This document shows, in pieces, positions 17,763 through 27,372 of a stretch of 64,000 nucleotides of DNA. The stretch's first letter is position 1, and each line of letters begins with the position of its first letter. A model generated the notes under the pieces. It saw nothing but the letters and a program-made list of their open reading frames with translations. It searched no databases and was not told the DNA's origin. Origin of the DNA: an uncultured delta proteobacterium (lineage in GTDB: Bacteria > Bdellovibrionota > FAC87 > UBA2466); assembly GCA_963778115.1 (NCBI GenBank), contig CAVZSV010000004.1:512001-576000 (forward strand), written 5' to 3'. Position numbers and translations under genes: made by a program.

Positions 17763-19424
17763 ATGATCTTGAATGTCCCCCCTCCTCTATCCTTTCTTGA
17801 GGCACTCCTGGCACAGACCCAATCAATGGGTCATAAGAGTTGTGACGTACGATTCGCCGTGATCCATTCAGTCCTTCAAGGAAGTCAACACTCGTACCGG
17901 TTGATTGCCTTTTTCGGGTGTTTAACAAAGGATGAGCCTTTAACCCCGTCTATTTCGCCGCTTGGTTCGTGTAAACTTAAAGACAATCGCTCTGCAAAAC
18001 TATTTCGAGCATCATTTAGTCTTTCAGACCTAAGAACGCTTGCGCATTCCATTTCGACCAGCACGCTTCAACTTCCGCAAGCCCCAGCCGCACATTGTCT
18101 CATTGAGCACAATTTCGATCTAAAAGACATAAAGCCACTAAGCTTTATCGCGGCCGATAACCGCAATAGCGGGAGGCTTACGTTCCTTCCGTACCCGGGT
18201 TCAAGCCTCCATATGTTTGAGATATTTGACCTTAACAAGGAGGTATTAAAAGGACTAGATTCCGACGATCTAACTAGAATCGACAAACTATTTCGTGCGC
18301 ACACAGATTTCTCTCCCTTATGGAATACATCGACAATCGGCAATCTATTAATTGTGGCTAACCTGGAACCCATTAAGATTGAATTCACCGGAGATAAGAA
18401 TGGCGAAGGCATCCGGATAATGTTAGTTCCTGAAAACCCGAAGTATGACCCTAAGGATTACGTGCTTACCATCACTTCTGAAGCATCCGACGAGGTGAAT
18501 GGCAGCTCTGTTATTTTCCCAATTCCTCATAGTATTCACTTGCCCAACATTTCCAAAAGAGCAACGATCGATGCACGGCTTTGGCAAATCAGTACCGCAA
18601 AGTTAGTTTCTAGAAATCACGGAGCAGTATTTAACAATGTGTCGATATCAATTTCAACTTTTGAAAAACTCCGAACGGGTTACATCCGAGACAAACACGG
18701 AAAGGTACTTCGTGATGGTCCGGTTAGATCGCCTGTTCCTCTCCACCACTCCGGAATCAACAAAATAAGTTGGTCAGAACACATTCAAAGAGAACTTCTC
18801 GACGCACAGAAAAGAAATTTAATCGCTACAAAGAAACTTATTCCCTATCGGGAGGGAATGCACTTAAAAGCCCTAAATGATGTTGTGGATCTGATTAACT
18901 CAGCGCCCAGCATAGGTCCCGTCAAGATCTGGGATCCCTATTTAGACGATTACTATCTAGACTTTTTAACTTTCATGACGAGTACCAGAGAAGTACGTAT
19001 TCTAAGTGCCCTCCGCTCCCCTTCTAAAGACGACCGACAAAAGCTTAAACGTTTCAGCAAAGCATTTGAGAGTTGTCTAAATGACTACAGTAAACGTTTA
19101 CCGAAACCGCTTCGCGTGAGATGGGAGGAATACCAAAAACGGAAGTCCGACGAACGTTTCCAAAATAAACAGAAAAGATGGACACAATATCTAAATGAAT
19201 TAAGAGCCAATAAACTCAATATATTCTTTCGCTATAACGCTAGAGGTAAGGGTTTTAAATTCCATGATAGATTTCTTATCGCAGGAGGACGATGCTGGTC
19301 ACTTGGCACCTCATTGAACCATATCGGCAATAGTCACAGTTTAATAATCGAACTTCAATACCCAGAACTGGTCGAAAACGAATTTGATGCCCTCTGGAAA
19401 GAAGTAGAAGGAAACGACTTGTGA
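17763..19424 (+). CDS. Large protein with a C-terminal PLD-like nuclease domain (HDRF type, VPA1262-like)
   Basis: KIWDPYL, VRILS, FHDRFLI..WSLGTSLNHIG..F..LW. Confidence 0.75.
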   Translation: MILNVPPPLSFLEALLAQTQSMGHKSCDVRFAVIHSVLQGSQHSYRLIAFFGCLTKDEPLTPSISPLGSCKLKDNRSAKLFRASFSLSDLRTLAHSISTSTLQLPQAPAAHCLIEHNFDLKDIKPLSFIAADNRNSGRLTFLPYPGSSLHMFEIFDLNKEVLKGLDSDDLTRIDKLFRAHTDFSPLWNTSTIGNLLIVANLEPIKIEFTGDKNGEGIRIMLVPENPKYDPKDYVLTITSEASDEVNGSSVIFPIPHSIHLPNISKRATIDARLWQISTAKLVSRNHGAVFNNVSISISTFEKLRTGYIRDKHGKVLRDGPVRSPVPLHHSGINKISWSEHIQRELLDAQKRNLIATKKLIPYREGMHLKALNDVVDLINSAPSIGPVKIWDPYLDDYYLDFLTFMTSTREVRILSALRSPSKDDRQKLKRFSKAFESCLNDYSKRLPKPLRVRWEEYQKRKSDERFQNKQKRWTQYLNELRANKLNIFFRYNARGKGFKFHDRFLIAGGRCWSLGTSLNHIGNSHSLIIELQYPELVENEFDALWKEVEGNDL

Positions 19425-21217
19425 AAAAGATAGGGATGAAAAAGCACGAAGAACGCATCCTTTCTAAAGTAGGAATGTTATTCAAGAACGTCCCGTCGAT
19501 TTTACGTAACCAAATCGGGGGACTTCTGATTCAAGAACCGCTACTTAAATCTACTAATTTGCCTAAGGAGCTGAGACAGGGCCTAGAAAAATACGATCTT
19601 ATAGAGGCATACCAGAGCAAAACTAACGAAATCCCCAACACCTCGATCCCTGCCAACGTAGCAGCGGCACAAAAATTCATAGATCTTTGCAAGGTAGAGA
19701 TGTCCTTGGATTCATCGCCATTGCATGAAGTTGCTCAATTTTACATGGTGAGCGGGAAAGCGTCGTTAGAATCCTGGCTAACTTCGATCGAAGAAAAATT
19801 GAAACTCGAACCGTTAGAATCGATCGTATCCAGTACCCACGATTTTATTGGGCCACATAACGTTAAGTTCGAATCTGAGGCCATTCAAAAAGGGCGTGAT
19901 CTCATCTCGCAAGGACGAGATCTCGAATCCTATTCTAAAAGTTTCGGCTACATTTCGGCGCAGCCCTCCGGTCCGGGATGGGAAATGTTAACAATCCTTG
20001 CAAGGTATAGACCTTCTGCATTGTCGTCTTTCCTCTCTAGGATCCACGATCCCATCGCCCGTATATATCTAAAGCTGAACATAGAAAACAATAAGTGGCC
20101 TTATCATCTTGGAATCGAATTGATTCGTTCAATGAAGAGGCCAGCCATTTGCATGGGACTGGAGATCTGCCTCAATAGGCTGGAACGGATTTCATTTCTA
20201 TACGCTAAATCTACACCAAATTCCCTAAACAAGAGGCACCAAATAAACGCTCGAAGAGCGGCGACTTTAACAGGTCTATATTCAAATTTGTGGTCGGAAA
20301 TCGAACGAAGTAAATTAGTTACAGAAGGGATAGACCTATTAAGGGTAGCCCGCAATTTCAAAGTTCAGCTTCATCACTCTAATCCGACTTTCAATAACGA
20401 CATCATAGGCATTTCCTTGTCCGAATTCTTTAATCTAGGCGGCCGGTTGATCTCCAAAGACAATTCGTTGCTGCGATCCCTATTCACATTGCCAGAACAT
20501 CATGGAGTAACCTTTGAACTTTCCATTCGTTGGCTAGGTACTTTCGCACTCAGCAAAAGTTCTAGTAAGCACTCGGACAAAGAGATCGGCGACCTACTCA
20601 AAGAATTGATGGATCTCTTTTTCTCAGAACTTCAAAAACCGGAAAATCAATTTCGTTTCCTATTAAACAACCAACAATCTCTGAACACTATAAATGCTTG
20701 GGTAGATCTCTTTAGAGGCGGAGTGTCGTTCTTCGACCAAGACACAATCACACAAAAATTCGAGTTTATATTTAAGCGGCTTAAACAGCAGCTTGTTAAC
20801 CGTTGGCACGCCTCAAGCATTCCTTATGGGACGGAGGATGCTTTGACCTATGCGTGCGTTGTTTACCTTTATTCAAGCACCTTAACCTCTCAGTACCAAG
20901 CTTCAACGATTCATCACGTACTTCATGTATTAGAAGGAATACGTCCCAAGCAATCTTCGGCGAGAGGAAGTTGGCAGGCTATTCTCAATACCCTTGAGGG
21001 ACATCTCGAAGATCCCAAGGTTGTATCATTTACCGAAAACTCATTCCTCCGCGATGGAATCTCGCCCGATTTTCTTGCGGTAATACCACTAGTATTCTTT
21101 GTTCAAAACCCATCCTGGAAAAAGCGGGCGACGGAACTTGTTTCGAACTACGCAAACTATTTTTCAGAATTAATCGACCAATTCAAAGAGCAACTTAAGG
21201 AGAGAGGCCTCACTTAA
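19421..21217 (+). CDS. Hypothetical 598-aa protein coupled to the PLD-like gene
   Basis: GTGA start/stop overlap; mostly helical-looking; no motif recognised. Confidence 0.75.
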   Translation: MKKIGMKKHEERILSKVGMLFKNVPSILRNQIGGLLIQEPLLKSTNLPKELRQGLEKYDLIEAYQSKTNEIPNTSIPANVAAAQKFIDLCKVEMSLDSSPLHEVAQFYMVSGKASLESWLTSIEEKLKLEPLESIVSSTHDFIGPHNVKFESEAIQKGRDLISQGRDLESYSKSFGYISAQPSGPGWEMLTILARYRPSALSSFLSRIHDPIARIYLKLNIENNKWPYHLGIELIRSMKRPAICMGLEICLNRLERISFLYAKSTPNSLNKRHQINARRAATLTGLYSNLWSEIERSKLVTEGIDLLRVARNFKVQLHHSNPTFNNDIIGISLSEFFNLGGRLISKDNSLLRSLFTLPEHHGVTFELSIRWLGTFALSKSSSKHSDKEIGDLLKELMDLFFSELQKPENQFRFLLNNQQSLNTINAWVDLFRGGVSFFDQDTITQKFEFIFKRLKQQLVNRWHASSIPYGTEDALTYACVVYLYSSTLTSQYQASTIHHVLHVLEGIRPKQSSARGSWQAILNTLEGHLEDPKVVSFTENSFLRDGISPDFLAVIPLVFFVQNPSWKKRATELVSNYANYFSELIDQFKEQLKERGLT

Positions 21218-21236
21218 GAAGCGTCTTTTTTACACA

Positions 21237-23048
21237 CTACCCATCGCTATCCAAATTAAATTCAGCCACCGCATCTTTCCCCATCATGTAACTAACACTG
21301 TATTCTAGCGCTCGATTAAACGCGTCGCGCAGTTCTGGAACGAAACCTTTCTTATCCCTTGCGGATAGGCGCTTGAACCATTGTTTAAATGACGGCATCA
21401 GACCGTCGACCCTTGCAAGCTCTCCGAAATTTGGTTGATTGAAATACTTAGTCAGAGATTCAAATAGGCCCTCGTTTTCACGGATAGCGACGAAAGATGA
21501 AAGTTCCTCGGCATCTATGATGTGCCAACCTTGAAACCGATGCCGATTTTCACAGTACCATTGCCATTCCTCCGGCTCTAGCTCCTCCTCACAATTCTTC
21601 TCAATACTTTCTCTAAAAGGGTTACCTCGAAAGACGGCTGGCATCAGCGAAGACACACCAAGTAAAATAAACTTATTGCACCCGAGGATCCTCTCACTAG
21701 TCTTGCGGTTCTCGGGGTTTAAACGACTTTCCCCGTGCGCTTTTTCTAATCGATATATAAATCGGATACTCTTCCAAATGGATTCCCCGAGCCCCTTTGC
21801 TACATCTCTTTCAAAGCTATCCAGGTCGAAGCCAAAAAAGGAACCGGGAGAGAGCCTTTTCAATTTTACGCCAATCAAAACAGCAGCGTCGTTTTCAAAA
21901 ACCACTAAGTCCGACCCCAAATCCTTTTTGGCGTCTCCAACAAAAGGCTCATATTCGTACGAGATATTCTCCGGCAGGGCGATTTTGCCGATTAGAAAAC
22001 GAATCAGGCGTTCAAGACGTTTTCCCATCCAATCATTGAACTGATTCGTATGCGGAGAAGAAGACCCGCGAGCAGAGGCATCCTTTCGCGCTAGTTCCAA
22101 TGCCTCGAAGAGGGGACCGCTTCCAACGTGCATTCTCAAGAAGGGGTGAAGGGGGTATAAGTACCAATCTTTGGCAATTCGAACAAATGGCTTCCTAGAA
22201 TAAAATCCCAGGATCAAACCCTCCGCCTCATAAGAGGCAAAATGTTTCTCTAAGATCTGTCCCGTCTCTTCTATCGCGGAACTTTTATTTTCCAGGATAC
22301 GCTCAAAGACTTTTATCAATTTATCTTTATCTGGTGAATTCCGGAAAACTCTCTCCGGAACGCATGTAGGTTCTTTTAGCGACATGGTCCATGCACCAAA
22401 TAGGAGGCTGAAGTAGTCTCTAGTCGTTACACCATATTCTTCCGCAAAAAGAGGATCAAAGATCGAGGAACGAGAAGGAAGAATCGGCTGAAAATCGTCT
22501 AGATCAAGTAAATAGGCAACAATGGCAATTTGATGAACCAGACTTGCCGTCATTACGGATTCTGCGGCCAACATACGCAATGCCATAAGGCGCGCTTCCC
22601 GCTGCTTTTCATCAGCCGTACGCGCCGCCAACATTTTAGAAGATTCCAAACCATAACTAAGCTTTACGATCGGTTCCAATTCCGCGAGAGGGATTGGTAA
22701 GAAATTGCTCTCGATTGGTATAGGTGCGCGGACGTTGGCCAGTGCACCGAGGATTATGCCTCCCAAATGCAAAGTGGTGTAGGTCTCTTTCTTGCTAATC
22801 CCGCTCATAGGATCAATGTCTTCTTCCCCTATGCGAGTAAGATCGATGGCCAGTCGGGCCTGATCGTATCCCGTAGCGGCTATCTTCTCCGCCAGTGTCT
22901 GAAAGGACATTTGATCAACATTTGAGGTTAACTTCACTCTCGTTCGAGTATTTCTCGCAGATGTTTTGGGTGGAGTTTTATCCAAACAACACTTCTTATA
23001 TTTTCTTCCGCTGCCACAGAAGCAAGGGGCATTCCGGCGATACTTCAT
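21237..23048 (-). CDS. SEC-C zinc-motif protein with a C-terminal NERD/PD-(D/E)XK-like region
   Basis: RNAPCFCGSGRKYKKCC at the N-terminus; G..LE..I..SDLVVFE....LIGVK in the C-terminal half. Confidence 0.75.
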   Translation of the reverse strand: MKYRRNAPCFCGSGRKYKKCCLDKTPPKTSARNTRTRVKLTSNVDQMSFQTLAEKIAATGYDQARLAIDLTRIGEEDIDPMSGISKKETYTTLHLGGIILGALANVRAPIPIESNFLPIPLAELEPIVKLSYGLESSKMLAARTADEKQREARLMALRMLAAESVMTASLVHQIAIVAYLLDLDDFQPILPSRSSIFDPLFAEEYGVTTRDYFSLLFGAWTMSLKEPTCVPERVFRNSPDKDKLIKVFERILENKSSAIEETGQILEKHFASYEAEGLILGFYSRKPFVRIAKDWYLYPLHPFLRMHVGSGPLFEALELARKDASARGSSSPHTNQFNDWMGKRLERLIRFLIGKIALPENISYEYEPFVGDAKKDLGSDLVVFENDAAVLIGVKLKRLSPGSFFGFDLDSFERDVAKGLGESIWKSIRFIYRLEKAHGESRLNPENRKTSERILGCNKFILLGVSSLMPAVFRGNPFRESIEKNCEEELEPEEWQWYCENRHRFQGWHIIDAEELSSFVAIRENEGLFESLTKYFNQPNFGELARVDGLMPSFKQWFKRLSARDKKGFVPELRDAFNRALEYSVSYMMGKDAVAEFNLDSDG

Positions 23049-23070
23049 TTGGACTTAAGGTGGACTTACG
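23048..23070 (+). promoter_or_regulatory. Putative integrase arm-type site (right)
   Basis: Identical 23-mer to 8773-8795, 48 bp from the att core. Confidence 0.75.
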
Positions 23071-23115
23071 AAGTTTTTCTCGTTTTACTTTCCCTCAGCA
23101 ACCCATTGAAATTAC

Positions 23116-23182
<67 letters not shown>

Positions 23183-23192
<10 letters not shown>

Positions 23193-23896
23193 GAAGTTGC
23201 TACGGGCTTTGTTAGTGTCAGCCCAGGAACACTCGATCGTCCGAATGCGTTTTCCGCTTCCGCTTTAAGAGATTTCAACTGCCCTTCCATTTTCAATCGA
23301 AGCGTCTCAAGATCGCTATCGGTGGCACTTGCCGGAACTTGGAAAGGCGTTCCGTAAACGATTACACATCGGGTGAACGGTAAAGGAAGGTAACATTGAT
23401 TCCATGCCTTTTTAAAGATGAATCTTCGACGAGCGGAAGCCGCGCCCGGAACGAGGATTCGGCCAGTCTGTTGAGCCAATTTTAAAATTCCGGGCTTTAC
23501 CTGGTAGATGGGGCCTCTGGGGCCGTCGACCGCAAGGGAAGCATTAAAGCCGCCCGCATTGACAGCATCGATAAGGCCTTTAAGCCCGCCCGCTCCCCCC
23601 CGAGAGCTCGAACCCCTCACGACATGAAACCCCAGCCACTGTAAGAGTCGCTTCATCCGCTCGCCATCGCGGCTTCGGCTCACCATGACAGCCATGCCGG
23701 CAAAGGCAAAAGAGCCCAGCAAAAGAAGTTCATCGCCATGCCAGTGCGCATAGACGTGAGGCTCTGCGTCAAGGGATTTAGGTCTGTTGCGGTGCTCAAC
23801 GTGCCATAAGCGGCTGTAAATCCAGTAAAACCCGGCGAGGCAGGCGATGAGTATGGAATCGGTTAGACGCCTGAACATCGATTCAACCGGTAGCAA
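23183..23896 (-). CDS. DUF374 lysophospholipid acyltransferase-family protein
   Basis: [28 protein letters not shown]....LPLPF. Confidence 0.9.
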
Positions 23897-23910
23897 AGTT
23901 CATCCGATGA
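23883..23910 (+). promoter_or_regulatory. sigma28/FliA-like promoter
   Basis: TCAAC-N15-TCCGATGA, 10 bp before ATG 23921. Confidence 0.5.
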
Positions 23911-23920
23911 GTAAAGCAAC

Positions 23921-25027
23921 ATGAAAGCTAATGCCAAAAAGCAGTCCGGGAACAAAAGCAAACGAACTTCGATGAAATCCTTCGATACCGAGAAGGGCTT
24001 GAGGTCTTTTAGTGACGCCACCAGTCAGGAGTTGGCCACGGTACTCGCCGCCATCGTCGGAGAGCTCGATTTTGCCCTGACCACCGAAAGCGTTCCCGCC
24101 AAAGAAAGAGCTACTTTCGTAGCCGTAACTGCCGCCGAACGCGCTTTAGCCCTTGCCCGAAATTTGCGTTACTTCTCGGTACACTCTCGCATGAATGTTC
24201 AAGTCGTCGACCTATCCCAGGTCCTGTTGGATACGGTGGAACTCGTCGAACGCGAGCTCGAACACGCCAAGATCAAAATTACAGTCCTTGCCGAAGCGTC
24301 GTCTTACGTCCAAGCGGATTCCGGCGCGCTTCAACAAACCCTTTTGAATTTGTTATCGCACGCGAAAGATGGACTCCCTAAAGGAGGACAGATAACCTTA
24401 TCTTTGCGTCAGTCCGGAAAGCAGATCGAAATCCGGTGTGCTGACAACGGCCCTGGAATTCCAGAATCAGAGATGGACTATCTTTTTGAATCACCCTCTG
24501 GAGTGCGCACTCCCAATGCCGAGGGAGTTGCGCTTTCGGCCACCATCTCCCGATTAGGATTACGCGTCGCTAGAGCGCTTATCGAAACCCAAGGCGGAGA
24601 GCTCACCGTACAATCGCGCGAAGGCTTTGGAACCTCAGTGACGTTGCATCTACCGTTTGACGCCAAACTTCCCAAACCAACTCCGTTCCACGAAGAGCGT
24701 CGCTACCGCCGGATTCCCATTCAACTTCCGGCCAATCTGTTTTTGAGTAAAGGGCAGTCGACTATCAAATGCGAATTGGGAACCCTAAGCTTTGGCGGCT
24801 GCTATCTCTTATTGAGCGGCCCCCAAAATGAAGTGTTGCCCGAACTCAATGATATCGTCTCCCTTAAAATCCACTACTTCGGTGAGGAAGCGCTTGAGAT
24901 CTTTAAAGCCCGAATCGCTAGCGTCTCCTGGGCCGGGAATCGGTCGGGAATCGGAATCGAATTTCTCGAGCTCGATGGACGCGCTAAGAAACTCTTGGAA
25001 GCCATTCTTAAAAGTCACAGTAGCTAA
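23921..25027 (+). CDS. Histidine-kinase-like HATPase plus PilZ fusion lacking the phospho-His
   Basis: H-box reads TSQELA; DNGPGI and GLRVAR..GGEL..GFGT boxes; PilZ RRYRR and LSFGG..GIEF. Confidence 0.8.
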   Translation: MKANAKKQSGNKSKRTSMKSFDTEKGLRSFSDATSQELATVLAAIVGELDFALTTESVPAKERATFVAVTAAERALALARNLRYFSVHSRMNVQVVDLSQVLLDTVELVERELEHAKIKITVLAEASSYVQADSGALQQTLLNLLSHAKDGLPKGGQITLSLRQSGKQIEIRCADNGPGIPESEMDYLFESPSGVRTPNAEGVALSATISRLGLRVARALIETQGGELTVQSREGFGTSVTLHLPFDAKLPKPTPFHEERRYRRIPIQLPANLFLSKGQSTIKCELGTLSFGGCYLLLSGPQNEVLPELNDIVSLKIHYFGEEALEIFKARIASVSWAGNRSGIGIEFLELDGRAKKLLEAILKSHSS

Positions 25028-25151
25028 GTATTTATATTTACTTCGTATTTTAAGTAGTAGCCGCGTCAGTCTCTCGTCCCACGCAAATTCACTTTACGGC
25101 GGGAAGCGACTAAGCAATGCTGATTTTTCACACTAGGTGGATAGTCAAAAA

Positions 25152-26192
25152 ATGAAGATTTGCTTCGTAGTTAGGTCTGTTTATAGCCAAATCGCAACGT
25201 ACACGACGACTCATTTGGCCTTCGAGGCCCACCGTCGCGGCCACCGCGTTTCCTATACTACCGTCAGTAGCCTTTCCTTTACCCACGATGAAAAAGTCCT
25301 AGCCACCGTCATTTCGCCGAGCGGTCCTTGCCATACCCGCACCGCTTTTCTGGAACAGCTCCGGGGAGATCAATCGGAACGAGAAGAGATTTGTCTAAGC
25401 GACTACGACGTTGTGGTCTTGCGTTACAACCCTAATGAATCAGACGGCGATCAAGATCGTAGAATTAATCCCTCTTTAGAATTTGGGAGGCTGTTAAAAC
25501 AGCAAGGGGTCTACGTCATCAATGATCCGTCAGGGCTCGCCAAAGCTTCTAGCAAAATGTATCTCTCCTCACTACCGGCTGAAATTCGGGCAAGAACGTT
25601 GGTGACGCGAAGTACGGTAAAGATTAAAGAGTTTTTGCGTGAATTGCGCAAGCCTGCCATCATCAAACCGCTTTCGGGATTCGGTGGCCAAGACGTGTTT
25701 TTTATCCGCAACCAAAAAGAGATCAACATCAATCAAATTATTTCTACCGTCAGCAAGAACGGCTACGTCATGGCCCAAGAATATCTCCCCGCCGTAAAAA
25801 AGGGCGACAAGCGGTTGCTACTCGTTAACGGCGCGCCTGTATTCATTGGCCGGCAAGCTGCTATGTACCGCCGCATGTCCCCTAAAGGGGATATTCGTAG
25901 TAATATGCATGTAGGAGGGACTCGTAAAAAGGTCGAGTTCACCGAGGTCGAGGCCCGGATTGCGGAAGCGATTCGGCCAAAGCTTATCGCCGATGGTCTT
26001 TACTTCGTGGGTGCCGATATCGTGGGAAACAAGCTTCTCGAAGTGAACGTCTTTTGCCCGGGCGGAATTAACAATATTAACGAACTCTATGACATCAACG
26101 TGGGCGAATACGTTATCGAAGATCTTGAACGAAGAGCACGCCTCTGGAAAACACACTATAGAGGAACGGACAACGTCATTCGCGCTGTCTAA
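25152..26192 (+). CDS. gshB: Glutathione synthetase
   Basis: VVLRYNP, INDP, IIKPLSGFGG, AQEYLP..GDKR, RSNMHVGG, EVNVFCPGG. Confidence 0.85.
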   Translation: MKICFVVRSVYSQIATYTTTHLAFEAHRRGHRVSYTTVSSLSFTHDEKVLATVISPSGPCHTRTAFLEQLRGDQSEREEICLSDYDVVVLRYNPNESDGDQDRRINPSLEFGRLLKQQGVYVINDPSGLAKASSKMYLSSLPAEIRARTLVTRSTVKIKEFLRELRKPAIIKPLSGFGGQDVFFIRNQKEININQIISTVSKNGYVMAQEYLPAVKKGDKRLLLVNGAPVFIGRQAAMYRRMSPKGDIRSNMHVGGTRKKVEFTEVEARIAEAIRPKLIADGLYFVGADIVGNKLLEVNVFCPGGINNINELYDINVGEYVIEDLERRARLWKTHYRGTDNVIRAV

Positions 26193-26198
26193 ATATCC

Positions 26199-27284
26199 AT
26201 GAAAAAAACAATCCTGATTTTCTGCGGAGGGAGATCCGAGGAACACGAGATCTCTCTTATTTCGGCAAAGTGCGTTTTAGACGCTTTGGATCGCACGCGG
26301 TTTACGCCAGTCATCGTCGGAATCTCTCGCGACGGAGTCTGGCATCTCAGCGATGAAAATAATTTTTATACGGGGGCAGTTAAGGCCGACGAGATTCGGT
26401 TAAATACCCAGTCGCCCACCCCCTCTCTTTGGCCCAGCCCATCGCGACAAGGAAGAGGCCGCCTGGATGTGAGTGGTAGAACTATCGAGTTTGATGTCGT
26501 CTTTCCCATTCTCCATGGACCGCATGGCGAAGATGGAACGATTCAAGGCATGTGTGAAGTGCTTGGAGTTCCGTACGTGGGATCTAATCCCGGCGGATCT
26601 TGGATCTGCATGGATAAAGCTCTCGCCAAAGAGATATGCACGGCTCAAGGTATTCGTGTCGCTGATTTCGAAGTCTTGGTCACTCGAAAAGAGTTAGATG
26701 CCAAAGCGAAAAAGATAGAGCGTCTGGGATTCCCTCTGTTTGTAAAGCCAGCGCGACTTGGTTCTTCAGTGGGAATCACTAAAGTGAAACAGGCTAAAGA
26801 TCTGCCAGCCGCCGTCGACAACGCTTTTCGTTTCGATACGAAGGTAGTTATCGAAAAGGGAATCGATGCGCGTGAAATTGAATGCGCGGTGTTAGGCCTA
26901 AACCAAGCTCCCCGAGTTGCCCTGCCCGGTGAAATCATCCCCTCCCCGCAAATCGAATGGTACACGTATGAAGCCAAATACCTTCTCGATAATGGAGCCC
27001 AAGTAGTCGTGCCGGCAAAGTTGGACGCTGCCACGACCGCCCGTCTTCAAGAATTTGCTAAACGCGCGTTTACCGCTCTCGAATGCGACGGAATGGCACG
27101 AGTTGATCTGTTTTTAGAAAAAAAGACGGGGGAGATTTACTTAAATGAAGCCAATACCATTCCCGGCTTTACTCCTATCAGCATGTACCCCAAGATGTGG
27201 CAGGCCTCAGGCGTGAGTTACTCGGATTTGATTTCGGAACTTATCGATCTAGCGTTTCGTCGGTTCCACAATATCGCGCATTAA
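26199..27284 (+). CDS. ddl: D-alanine--D-alanine ligase
   Basis: GGRSEEHEISL, LHGPHGEDG, KPARLGSSVG, YEAKY, NEANTIPGFT..SMYP. Confidence 0.97.
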   Translation: MKKTILIFCGGRSEEHEISLISAKCVLDALDRTRFTPVIVGISRDGVWHLSDENNFYTGAVKADEIRLNTQSPTPSLWPSPSRQGRGRLDVSGRTIEFDVVFPILHGPHGEDGTIQGMCEVLGVPYVGSNPGGSWICMDKALAKEICTAQGIRVADFEVLVTRKELDAKAKKIERLGFPLFVKPARLGSSVGITKVKQAKDLPAAVDNAFRFDTKVVIEKGIDAREIECAVLGLNQAPRVALPGEIIPSPQIEWYTYEAKYLLDNGAQVVVPAKLDAATTARLQEFAKRAFTALECDGMARVDLFLEKKTGEIYLNEANTIPGFTPISMYPKMWQASGVSYSDLISELIDLAFRRFHNIAH

Positions 27285-27372
27285 TGCCCTAGACTCTGCT
27301 CTTTGCCTTCGACCAGATCCCTTGATGGATTGCGGGTGACACGGTCCTATTGGCCCTCTAGAATAATCAGCC

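Noticed and set aside
26199..27284. Van-type D-Ala-D-Lac ligase
   Set aside because: The omega loop reads YEAKY as in D-Ala-D-Ala ligases; no vanH or vanX nearby
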